Below, one piece after another: positions 40,779-48,802 of a stretch of 48,802 nt of DNA. Source of the DNA: a virus (Duplodnaviria; Heunggongvirae; Uroviricota; Caudoviricetes). Location: the IMG/VR virus record IMGVR_UViG_2718218136_000008, positions 1-48,802 of that record, one strand, 5' to 3'. The translations under genes and the position numbers were made by a program. The first letter of the stretch is position 1, and each line of letters starts with the position of its first letter. The notes under the pieces were generated by a model. That model had not been told where the DNA came from, did no database searches, and saw only the letters and a list, made by a program, of their open reading frames with translations.

Positions 40779-41141
40779 ATGGCTAGCGAACGCAGTACTG
40801 ATGTGCAGGCATTTATCGGGGAGCTGGACGGCGGCGTATTTGAAACCAAAATCGGCGCAGTTCTCAGTGAAGTCGCTTCCGGTGTGATGAACACGAAAAC
40901 CAAAGGTAAGGTCTCGCTCAACCTGGAAATCGAACCGTTTGATGAGAACCGTGTGAAAATCAAACACAAACTCTCATATGTTCGCCCGACTAACCGCGGG
41001 AAAATTTCCGAAGAAGACACCACCGAAACGCCGATGTATGTCAATCGCGGTGGTCGCCTGACTATTCTGCAGGAAGACCAGGGACAATTACTGACTCTTG
41101 CCGGTGAACCTGACGGAAAACTCCGCGCAGCAGGTCGTTAA
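40779..41141 (+). CDS. yfdP: YfdP-like prophage protein
   Basis: 120 aa from ATG 40779 (MASERSTDVQAF...), GAGGAG RBS; size and order match recalled KpLE1 yfdP-T cluster. Confidence 0.7.
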   Translation: MASERSTDVQAFIGELDGGVFETKIGAVLSEVASGVMNTKTKGKVSLNLEIEPFDENRVKIKHKLSYVRPTNRGKISEEDTTETPMYVNRGGRLTILQEDQGQLLTLAGEPDGKLRAAGR

Positions 41142-41207
41142 TATCGTTTTTAATAAACTAATTATTCATCTTATCACTGAATATCTTTAATATAGTGAGG
41201 ACTTATT

Positions 41208-42032
41208 ATGTCTCAGAACTTAGACGCAACCGCAATTAATCAAATCCATGCCCTTATTTCTGCTCAGGGTGTTAATGAAATTATCAGTAAGATTGGTGCC
41301 GATGCTGTGGCATTGCCTGAGAATTTCCGCATTCATGATCTGGAAAAATTTAATTTAAATCGCTTCCGTTTCCGTGGTGCACTTTCCACTGCCAGCATCG
41401 ATGACTTTACCCGTTATTCTAAAGATCTTGCAGATGAAGGCACCCGCTGCTTTATCGATGCCGATAATATGCGAGCCGTCAGTGTGCTTAACCTGGGTAC
41501 TATTGGTGAACCAGGTCACGCAGATAACACCGCCACACTCAAACTGAAAAAGACAGCACCGTTCTCTGCTCTGTTGTCTGTTAATGGCGAGCGTAACTCC
41601 CAGAAGTCACTGGCAGAATGGATTGAAGACTGGGCCGACTACCTTGTGGGCTTTGATGCTAATGGTGACGCTATTCAGGCAACAAAAGCGGCTGCGGCGG
41701 TCCGTAAAATCACGATTGAAGCAAACCAGACCGCTGATTTTGAAGATAATGACTTCAGCGGCAAACGCTCCCTGATGGAGTCTGTCGAAGCGAAGACCAA
41801 AGACATTATGCCAGTAGCATTTGAGTTTAAATGCGTTCCGTTTGAAGGTCTGAAAGAACGTCCATTTAAATTACGCCTCAGCATTATCACTGGCGATCGT
41901 CCTGTACTGGTTCTGCGCATTATTCAGCTGGAAGCAGTGCAGGAAGAAATGGCTAACGAATTTCGTGATCTGCTTGTTGAGAAATTCAAAGACAGCAAAG
42001 TAGAAACCTTTATTGGTACTTTCACCGCCTGA
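41208..42032 (+). CDS. yfdQ: YfdQ-like prophage protein (DUF2303-like)
   Basis: 274-aa ORF, same length and order as recalled yfdQ. Confidence 0.75.
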   Translation: MSQNLDATAINQIHALISAQGVNEIISKIGADAVALPENFRIHDLEKFNLNRFRFRGALSTASIDDFTRYSKDLADEGTRCFIDADNMRAVSVLNLGTIGEPGHADNTATLKLKKTAPFSALLSVNGERNSQKSLAEWIEDWADYLVGFDANGDAIQATKAAAAVRKITIEANQTADFEDNDFSGKRSLMESVEAKTKDIMPVAFEFKCVPFEGLKERPFKLRLSIITGDRPVLVLRIIQLEAVQEEMANEFRDLLVEKFKDSKVETFIGTFTA

Positions 42033-42160
42033 TTTCATTACTGCAAATGCCCCTGCGGGGGCATTTATGGAAACGTAATTAACTCAATAATCGCCGGATG
42101 GTGAGGGCTTCCTTTTACCAGAATTCAGCGCGGTGCAGCGCATATAACGTGGAGAACAAA

Positions 42161-42697
42161 ATGTCATTTATTAAAACTTTTTCCGGGAAGCATTTTTATT
42201 ATGACAGGATAAATAAAGACGACATCGTTATTAACGATATCGCGGTTTCTCTTTCAAATATCTGTCGCTTTGCAGGACATCTTTCACATTTCTACAGCGT
42301 CGCCCAACATGCGGTGCTTTGCAGCCAGCTGGTACCGCAGGAATTTGCTTTTGAAGCATTAATGCATGATGCAACAGAAGCGTATTGCCAGGACATCCCC
42401 GCGCCACTGAAACGCCTTCTTCCTGACTATAAACGGATGGAAGAAAAAATAGACGCCGTAATCCGTGAGAAATACGGGTTACCCCCGGTTATGAGCACGC
42501 CCGTGAAATATGCCGATCTCATCATGCTGGCAACCGAACGCCGCGATCTCGGGCTTGATGATGGCTCTTTCTGGCCTGTACTGGAAGGTATCCCGGCAAC
42601 AGAGATGTTCAAAGTTATTCCACTGTCGCCAGGCCATGCCTATGGGATGTTTATGGAACGTTTTAACGAGTTATCGGAGTTACGCAAATGCGCATGA
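42161..42697 (+). CDS. yfdR: HD-domain phosphohydrolase (YfdR-like)
   Basis: 178 aa from ATG 42161 (MSFIKTF...); HD-like motif HFYSVAQHAV...MHDATEAY. Confidence 0.75.
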   Translation: MSFIKTFSGKHFYYDRINKDDIVINDIAVSLSNICRFAGHLSHFYSVAQHAVLCSQLVPQEFAFEALMHDATEAYCQDIPAPLKRLLPDYKRMEEKIDAVIREKYGLPPVMSTPVKYADLIMLATERRDLGLDDGSFWPVLEGIPATEMFKVIPLSPGHAYGMFMERFNELSELRKCA

Positions 42698-43050
42698 ATG
42701 TTTTCGAAATGGAAGGGTTTCTTCGCGGGAAATGTGTACCACGAGATCTGAAAGTGAATGAAACAAATGCTGAGTACCTGGTGCGTAAATTTGATGCGCT
42801 TGAAGCTAAATGTGCAGCACTGGAAAACAAAGTAATACCAGTGTCAGCTGAACTGCCGCCAGCGAATGAAAGTATTCTGTTATTTGATGCTAATGGAGAA
42901 GGCTGGCTGATTGGCTGGCGTTCTCTCTGGTATACATGGGGGCAAAAAGAAACCGGAGAATGGCAGTGGACATTTCAGGTCGGGGACCTTGAAAACGTCA
43001 ATATCACTCACTGGGCAGTAATGCCAAAAGCACCGGAGGCTGGAGCATAA
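42688..43050 (+). CDS. yfdS: YfdS-like prophage protein
   Basis: 120-aa ORF, same length and order as recalled yfdS. Confidence 0.7.
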   Translation: MRMNVFEMEGFLRGKCVPRDLKVNETNAEYLVRKFDALEAKCAALENKVIPVSAELPPANESILLFDANGEGWLIGWRSLWYTWGQKETGEWQWTFQVGDLENVNITHWAVMPKAPEAGA

Positions 43051-43652
43051 TGACCACATTTACCGATAAAGAACTGATTAAAGAAATCAAAGAACGAATC
43101 AGCAGCATGGACGTGCGAGACAATGTTGAGCGCCGTGCTTATGAAATTGCTCTGGCATCGCTGGAAGAGGATCCGGTGGCATGGCTGCATTCAGACAATG
43201 GCTTAGGTATTCCGGCAATAACTAGGAGTAAAAACATTGCTGACAGTTGGTTATCAAAGGGCTGGTATGTTCAGCCGCTATATATAGCCAAGCCAGTGCC
43301 GGTGGTGCCAGATGCTCGTCCATCTTTAAATAATGGCATAGTCGGTTTTGATGAAGGCTGGAACGCCTGCCGAGCTGCCATGCTCTATGGTGCCGTACCT
43401 GCAAGCCAGGCTTACAAGTTGCCACAAACGCAGTTTAAACAGGTTGCTGACCTCTACGAAATGCAATTTGATGACGGTCGCACTTGTACCTTTCACACTG
43501 ATGCGCAAAAGGCTGTGCAATGGCTTCAGGCGTGCGACGGAAACAGGGTTCAGGAATACGTTAAGCTGGAACGATTGCAGAACGCACTGTCTGGCAACTC
43601 TCCGGTAACTCCGGATGGTTGGGTTATGGTGCCGAAGAGACTAACAGCCGAG

Positions 43653-43657
43653 AACGG
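43653..43657. repeat. IS2 target-site duplication AACGG (left copy)
   Basis: Same 5-mer directly flanks the other IS2 end at 44989..44993. Confidence 0.7.
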
Positions 43658-43668
43658 TGGATTTGCCC

Positions 43669-44574
43669 CTATATTTCCAGACACCTGTTATCACTTAACC
43701 CATTACTGGCTTGCTGCCGTAGATATTCCCGTGGCGAGCGATAACCCAGTGCACTATGCGGATGCCATTCGTTATAATGCTCGAATGCCTCTGCAAGGTT
43801 CTTTGCTGCCGTTAACCCGTCTGGTTTGGGCATGACACTGATGTAGTCACGCTTTATCGTTTTCACGAAGCTCTCTGCTATGCCGTTACTCTCCGGACTC
43901 CGCACCGCCGTGTTCTTCGGTTCAAGCCCCAACATCCGGGCAAACTGCCGTGTTTCATTAGCCCGGTAGCATGAACCATTATCCGTCAGCCACTCTACTG
44001 GAGACGCCGGAAGCTCGTTGCCGAAACGGCGTTCCACCGCTCCCAGCATGACGTCCTGTACTGTTTCACTGTTGAAGCCGCCCGTAGTGACCGCCCAGTG
44101 CAGTGCCTCACGGTCACAGCAGTCCAGCGCGAACGTGACTCGCAGTTTTTCTCCGTTATCACAGCGGAACTCGAACCCGTCAGAGCACCATCGCTGATTA
44201 CTTTCTTTCACAGCCACTCTGCCGGTATGTGCCCGTTTCGATGGCGGTACAGCGGGTTTTCGCTCAAGCAACAGCGCATTCTGGCGCATGATCCGGTAAA
44301 TACGTTTGGCATTGATCGCAGGCATACCATCAAGTTCGGCCTGTCTGCGAAGCAGCGCCCATACCCGACGATAACCATATGTGGGCAGCTCTCCGATAAC
44401 ATGGTGTATACGGAGAAGCACATCCGTATCATCTGAGTGACGGCTGCGGCGACCATCTTTCCAGTCATCGGTTCGTCTGAGAATGACGTGCAACTGCGCA
44501 CGCGACACCCGGAGACAACGGCTGACTAAGCTTACTCCCCATCCCCGGGCAATAAGGGCGCGTGCGCTATCCAC
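43669..44574 (-). CDS. insD: IS2 transposase InsD (orfB)
   Basis: 301-aa ORF matching recalled IS2 InsD (…DDE integrase region). Confidence 0.9.
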
Positions 44575-44897
44575 TTTTTTGCACGCCCGTATTCAACGGC
44601 TTCTTTAAGGAGTTCATTTTCCATCGTTTTTTTGCCGAGCAGGCGCTGGAGTTCTTTAATCTGCTTCATGGCGGCAGCAAGTTCAGAGGCAGGAACGACC
44701 TGTTCTCCTGCGGCCACAGCAGTAAGACTTCCCTCCTGGTATTGCTTGCGCCAGAGAAATAACTGGCTGGCTGCCACACCGTGTTGCCGGGCAACAAGGG
44801 AGACTGTCATTCCCGGTTCAAAACTCTGCTGAACAATAGCGATCTTTTCCTGTGTAGTACGCCGTCTGCGTTTCTCCGGTCCTAAGACATCAATCAT
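44532..44897 (-). CDS. insC: IS2 InsC (orfA), HTH
   Basis: 121 aa from ATG 44897 ([26 protein letters not shown]...). Confidence 0.85.
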
Positions 44898-44988
44898 CTG
44901 CTCTCCAATGACTAGTCTAAAAACTAGTATTAAGACTATCACTTAAATAAGTGATATTGGTTGTCTGGAGATTCAGGGGGCCAGTCTA

Positions 44989-44993
44989 AACGG
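44989..44993. repeat. IS2 target-site duplication AACGG (right copy)
   Basis: Direct repeat of 43653..43657. Confidence 0.7.
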
Positions 44994-45194
44994 CGCTAAG
45001 GGGGCGCTATCCGGTGAATTTTCAGAAACTACGTTTATAAGCTGCCTGGAATGCTTTGGCGATGATGATTGCGATACCTGTGACGGGAGCGGACGTATTG
45101 AAATTAAAGTGCCAGTCACGTGGTCGACCATAAAATCTATCTGGGATAAAGGTATCGAGTATTTTGCAGCAAAACCATCACAAGAGGTGAAGTG

Positions 45195-45767
45195 ATGAAC
45201 AACTTAATGATCGACCTTGAGACGATGGGGAAAAATAAGGATGCACCGATCGTTTCCATTGGCGCGGTGTTCTTCACTCCAGAAACCGGAGACATCGGAC
45301 AAGAATTCTATACGGTTGTTAGCCTGGACAGTGCTATGAAGCTAGGAGCTACACCTGACGGCGATACCATCCTGTGGTGGTTGAAACAAAGCCCTGAAGC
45401 ACGAGCTGCAATCTGTATTGATGATACTTTGTCGATCAGCGATGCTCTCTCAGAACTAAATCATTTCATTAACCGGCACGCAGACAATACGAAATATTTA
45501 AAAGTCTGGGGTAACGGAGCCACCTTCGACAACGTAATTTTACGTGGAGCTTATGAGCGAGCAGGACAAATCTGCCCGTGGGCATACTGGAATGACCACG
45601 ATGTACGCACGATCGTTACGCTTGGGCGTTCCATCGGATTCGACCCCAAAATGGACATGCCTTTCGATGGCGAACGGCACAACGCCCTGGCTGATGCCCG
45701 TCATCAGGCAAAATATGTTTCCGCTATCTGGCAGAAATTAATTCCTGCCACCAGCACAGAATTATGA
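45195..45767 (+). CDS. DnaQ-like 3'-5' exonuclease (DEDD family)
   Basis: 190 aa from ATG 45195; motifs MIDLETMG, WGNGATFD, HNALADA. Confidence 0.8.
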   Translation: MNNLMIDLETMGKNKDAPIVSIGAVFFTPETGDIGQEFYTVVSLDSAMKLGATPDGDTILWWLKQSPEARAAICIDDTLSISDALSELNHFINRHADNTKYLKVWGNGATFDNVILRGAYERAGQICPWAYWNDHDVRTIVTLGRSIGFDPKMDMPFDGERHNALADARHQAKYVSAIWQKLIPATSTEL

Positions 45768-45776
45768 TTTTCCCGG

Positions 45777-46085
45777 GTGCAGCCGGTTTTGATGGAGAAA
45801 ATTATGAACACCTTGTTTTTACTGATGGCTGAATTCAATACCCCTAACATTGAACTCTCAGCAGTTAGCCAAAAGTACTTTGGCATGAGTCCAGCCACGG
45901 CAGAAGCAAAAGCAAACGCTTGTAAGTTGCCCGTTCCAACATATCGCATCGGCACATCACAAAAAGCAAAACGTTGCATCAATATTCAGGATCTTGCGGA
46001 ATACATAGACAAAAGACGAGAAGAAGGACGTATCGAGTGGGAACAGGTCAGAACAGGCAAACAGAAGGGCAAAGAACATCACTAA
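45777..46085 (+). CDS. excisionase/PrtN-like DNA-binding protein
   Basis: 102-aa ORF; segment LPVPTYRIGTSQKAKRCINIQDLAEYI resembles excisionase-like wHTH; near the att-distal end. Confidence 0.45.
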   Translation: MQPVLMEKIMNTLFLLMAEFNTPNIELSAVSQKYFGMSPATAEAKANACKLPVPTYRIGTSQKAKRCINIQDLAEYIDKRREEGRIEWEQVRTGKQKGKEHH

Positions 46086-46087
46086 AG

Positions 46088-46114
46088 AAAAAACCCGCCT
46101 AAAGGCGGGTTTTC
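46088..46114. terminator. bidirectional intrinsic terminator
   Basis: AACCCGCC-TAAA-GGCGGGTT flanked by A6 upstream and T4 downstream (T6 on the minus strand). Confidence 0.55.
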
Positions 46115-46132
46115 AAAAAGCACCAGCTATGA

Positions 46133-46306
46133 TCATGCTGCTTTGCGACGACGAAGCTTACCCTGCTGCTCTTTACCAGAGACAGTAGCGTGAGTGAACG
46201 CATTAGGAGCAGCCTTCATCAGAACTTCAACAGCAGCACCCATACCTGCGAATGCTTTCATTGTGTCGAACTTAACCTGTGGCTTGGTTGCTTTTTGATC
46301 TTCCAT
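46133..46306 (-). CDS. small hypothetical protein (57 aa), third gene of the attR-proximal operon
   Basis: ATG 46306 with GGAG RBS; MEDQKATKPQVKFDTMKAFAGMGAAVEVLMKAAPNAFTHATVSGKEQQGKLRRRKAA; followed by the terminator; below the ORF-track size cut-off. Confidence 0.3.
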   Translation of the reverse strand: MEDQKATKPQVKFDTMKAFAGMGAAVEVLMKAAPNAFTHATVSGKEQQGKLRRRKAA

Positions 46307-46345
46307 AGAAAACTCCAGAAGCTATACCGAAAAAATTCCTGTTGT

Positions 46346-46765
46346 TTACTCATCATCAATAGATGATACGCAATATTTATTTTTAAATTTAAGGTTCTTT
46401 GGCGTAACTTCATCAGATATATCAAAACCGTCCAGAATTCTATTGAATGTAGCTTCTGGCATATCATCATGAACGGAAATCTCACCCGATCGCTGCTTTC
46501 TAACCATGTTATCCACTCGCCAAATTATAGCTTCAGCGTAAACAACATAACTTGGATGCTTGATAAAGCGATGATCACCAGAATTCAAGACGCAAGACGG
46601 ATCGTGGGGGACACCATCCTTGATACTAGAAATATTAACAACTAAAACACAATAACAATCGTTAACGGGGTAATAAACAGGATCATTACAAATCACATGA
46701 AGATGATTGCATGGCCCAGTTGGGGCAAGCACAGTTCCTTTCCTGTATGGCTGATAATCCGTCAT
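46346..46765 (-). CDS. hypothetical protein, candidate toxin/effector partner of the Panacea-like gene
   Basis: 139-aa ORF; start overlaps upstream gene stop (ATGA); no recognised motif; low GC. Confidence 0.5.
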   Translation of the reverse strand: MTDYQPYRKGTVLAPTGPCNHLHVICNDPVYYPVNDCYCVLVVNISSIKDGVPHDPSCVLNSGDHRFIKHPSYVVYAEAIIWRVDNMVRKQRSGEISVHDDMPEATFNRILDGFDISDEVTPKNLKFKNKYCVSSIDDE

Positions 46766-47334
46766 GATAATTGCAAAGAAAATTCCTTAAGTTTCTGAGA
46801 TTCTTCCATTTTGCCAATTATACGATTAGCCTCATCCTCGCTTTTACCCTCACTGATCAGCATTTCTTTCAGGTCTATAGGCTTACGAGAATTGCCAGGA
46901 TTGTGCCACTCTGGACAAACGCTTTCTAAATGCGTCATGTTTGCGAGATCAAATCGGTTCATATGCCCATACAGAGAATAGATTTCATCTAAAATCCGGA
47001 TATCTGCACGGCTCAACTCATCAAAGACCTCGTCTGCATCCATTTCCCTCGGATCTGAACGCAACAACACATCATGCCCGTTCGTCTCTATCAAGTTGTA
47101 CCAGTAGTCACCAATGCCTTCAGCCTTACCACGAATCAAGTTCAGCGTATTCGACATGACTGGACCAAATTTCATAGAGTAAAGGCTATCTTCGCCGATC
47201 ATCCTGCCATGCTTCAAAATCGACTTGCGGTTAGACAGATAGAGCAGCTTCATCAATTTCAGATATGCCATGCGCCCACCTCGCTTAAGAAGTAGGTATG
47301 CAGCCATTTGAGCTACTTTTTCTTCGCAAAACAT
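46762..47334 (-). CDS. Panacea-domain (DUF4065)-like protein, candidate antitoxin
   Basis: 190-aa ORF with KLMKLLYLSNR...FGPV pattern recalled for Panacea/SocA-like proteins; GAGG RBS; low GC. Confidence 0.5.
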   Translation of the reverse strand: MFCEEKVAQMAAYLLLKRGGRMAYLKLMKLLYLSNRKSILKHGRMIGEDSLYSMKFGPVMSNTLNLIRGKAEGIGDYWYNLIETNGHDVLLRSDPREMDADEVFDELSRADIRILDEIYSLYGHMNRFDLANMTHLESVCPEWHNPGNSRKPIDLKEMLISEGKSEDEANRIIGKMEESQKLKEFSLQLS

Positions 47335-47588
47335 ATAAGAAACCTCAAAGATAGTGAACTTTGTAATTATTCTCGATACTTCATGGGTTGCTTCATCACC
47401 AACATGAGCTTCTTATGGTGTGCCCACTTAGGCCTAAGCAACTAGTTACCTTGTTTGTCAAGTTTATAGCTGGCTTTAATCATGGTCAATTGAAGTGATG
47501 AGCAAATGATGCTTTCTAAGAATAACAGGTTCCCAATAGGCTCCCACAAAGTGTATAACTAGTTGTTTTTCAAAAACGGTACATCCTA

Positions 47589-47596
47589 TCGAGCAT
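47589..47596. other. attR core TCGAGCAT
   Basis: Identical to 1476..1483. Confidence 0.6.
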
Positions 47597-47692
47597 TGGT
47601 GCAACGCTAAACCGACCACTCCAGTGAACGTCAGTTTTTTCAGGCATTGCGCTGGTTTGGTTGATTTTTTGCATTTCAGAATTACCGTGCAT
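47589..47692 (-). pseudogene. dusA: displaced native 5' end of dusA
   Basis: Minus-strand reading from ATG 47692 encodes MHGNSEMQKINQTSAMPEKTDVHWSGRFSVAPMLD then diverges at the core. Confidence 0.65.
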
Positions 47693-47989
47693 TTTCAAAT
47701 GTAGAGATTATTTTATCGATATATCATTGGGTTATGTTATTCAGCATCACTGTTCAGGAGGCTCAATAGCGGGGTACTATACCATAACAACAGGAAGCGC
47801 CTGTCTCATTGCAAAAGAAAATTGAGATCAAATCAAGGCATGAAGCTCTCACGAAGTGATGGAAATAATCTTATTAGCCGTTAGCCTTGTTAAGGACAAT
47901 GATAAACAATCCAGGTTCGACGATAAATAAAAAATCACACATTAAACTCCGGTGATATCTCTTCCTGCTAATGGCACTGATAGAAGAAA

Positions 47990-48020
47990 AAAGAACCCAA
48001 TAAGTATTAGGTTCTTTTAT
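47990..48020 (-). terminator. hairpin plus T-tract downstream of the yjbM-like gene
   Basis: AGAACC…GGTTCT stem followed on the minus strand by T6. Confidence 0.35.
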
Positions 48021-48055
48021 GTAATGCCTTCCATACCATCGAAGAACTTCACATA

Positions 48056-48802
48056 TTATTTCGCCGATTTAACCCCGAATAAATCATAAATTAAATTAGA
48101 AGTATCTGTAAGTATTTTAATCTTTTCCTTTGAGTTTGGGTCAAACGACTTAGCAAAGTCAATTAATTTCGGTGCAGCATCTCGCATTTTGCTTAAAATA
48201 TCAGGTTCGAGCTTTCCTTCATTCACCAGAAGTGACATTTTATCCAGATAGTCATCAAATTTCATCCCCCCCCGGTCCGCCAGATGCTTCATCTCTCCCA
48301 GGTACTTCTTCATATCACGTTGAGATAATTCTTCAAACTGAGCTGTCAGATAGTTCTCATTATATTCATTAATATTCACTTTTTCTGCTCCGGCTAAATC
48401 TGTGTAGGCACTAGAATATGAAAGTGAAATTAACAGCGAAGCAAATAATTTTAAGCTGTTGTCATCATGTTCCTGGCAGGCATTAACAAACGTTAAAAAA
48501 CCAGAACCTATTGCTTGAAAATGTATATTCGCTAAAGGTTCATTATCCTTAGATTCCTCATAAAATAGCTGAACCGTGGAGGGAAGGCCATTCTTAGTTT
48601 CTACATCAAAAGTACATCGTTCAATGGGAGTCGCATCTTTATTATCCCCAGGATTACATATACTATTAATCGCGAAATGAAAAATAGCCCGGTCAACAAC
48701 TGATGCAATAAAGTCACGATCGTTTAAATCCTCATCAGTGCAATCGTCAATATACTTATTGACCCACACTTTGAGATTAGTTATTTGCTCAATTAAAAAC
48801 AC
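48056..48802 (-). CDS. yjbM: YjbM-like chromosomal protein (5' end beyond window)
   Basis: 248-aa ORF open to the window edge; located where yjbM neighbours dusA in E. coli. Confidence 0.6.
   Translation of the reverse strand: MFLIEQITNLKVWVNKYIDDCTDEDLNDRDFIASVVDRAIFHFAINSICNPGDNKDATPIERCTFDVETKNGLPSTVQLFYEESKDNEPLANIHFQAIGSGFLTFVNACQEHDDNSLKLFASLLISLSYSSAYTDLAGAEKVNINEYNENYLTAQFEELSQRDMKKYLGEMKHLADRGGMKFDDYLDKMSLLVNEGKLEPDILSKMRDAAPKLIDFAKSFDPNSKEKIKILTDTSNLIYDLFGVKSAK

Larger units (their letters stand above)
43658..44988 (-). mobile_element. insertion sequence IS2 (1331 bp)
   Basis: Terminal sequences TGGATTTGCCCCTATATTTCCAGACA... and (reverse) TAGACTGGCCCCCTGAATCTCCAGACAACC match recalled IS2 ends; encodes InsC/InsD. 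Confidence 0.9.
43050..45195 (+). pseudogene. yfdT-like gene interrupted by IS2
   Basis: Reading frame 43050..43657 resumes in frame after the IS2 at 44994 and ends at TGA 45193..45195 (~265 aa reconstructed); the 261-aa track ORF reads into IS2. Confidence 0.6.
1476..47596. mobile_element. lambdoid prophage (~46.1 kb) integrated in the 5' end of dusA
   Basis: Integrase next to attL, full lambda-like structural/lysis/regulatory gene set, displaced native dusA 5' fragment at the right end. Confidence 0.85.

Noticed and set aside
40327-40967. Cluster of overlapping 70 to 163-aa ORFs on both strands in the GC-rich region upstream of the yfdP-like gene
   Set aside because: Mutually overlapping, no RBSs, odd composition; the region contains a terminator and a long inverted repeat and is better read as structured non-coding DNA. 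The yfdP-like start is the internal ATG at 40779.
43050-43835. 261-aa plus-strand ORF taken at face value
   Set aside because: Its last ~60 codons are read from the IS2 terminal sequence; the true gene is IS2-interrupted and resumes at 44994.

Overview
This window looks like an Escherichia/Shigella-type chromosome (pspG, dusA on the left; a yjbM-like gene on the right) carrying a ~46.1-kb lambdoid prophage inserted in the 5' end of dusA. All calls rest on reading the sequence and ORF track by eye and on recalled family knowledge; no searches were run. The prophage is bounded by an 8-bp core TCGAGCAT (1476..1483 and 47589..47596), has supplied a replacement dusA 5' end, and has displaced the native dusA 5' end to 47589..47692. 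Its backbone is complete and lambda-like: integrase, tail genes (tfa, stf, lom, J, I, K, L, M, H, G/T, V, U, Z, FII), head genes (decoration-like, protease-capsid fusion, portal, W), terminase with a candidate cos site, a lysis cassette (pinholin, SAR endolysin, Rz/Rz1), Q, a nin-like region, an O-like replication initiator with embedded iterons, cII-like/cro/cI, and KpLE1-like early genes (yfdP/Q/R/S/T-like). An IS2 with a 5-bp target duplication interrupts the yfdT-like gene. The most interesting cargo is a low-GC module between integrase and tfa (3075..5196): a strong promoter, a highly structured ~150-nt leader, a small SLATT-like membrane protein, and an overlapping YVDD reverse transcriptase, next to a LexA-box-controlled dinI-like gene. 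This is a candidate retron/DRT-like defence system whose family I cannot assign. A second candidate is a three-gene operon at the attR end (46133..47334) led by a Panacea-like protein. Also noted: a low-GC gene in the immunity region, a structured non-coding region, and homopolymer frameshifts in rusA and a lipoprotein gene.
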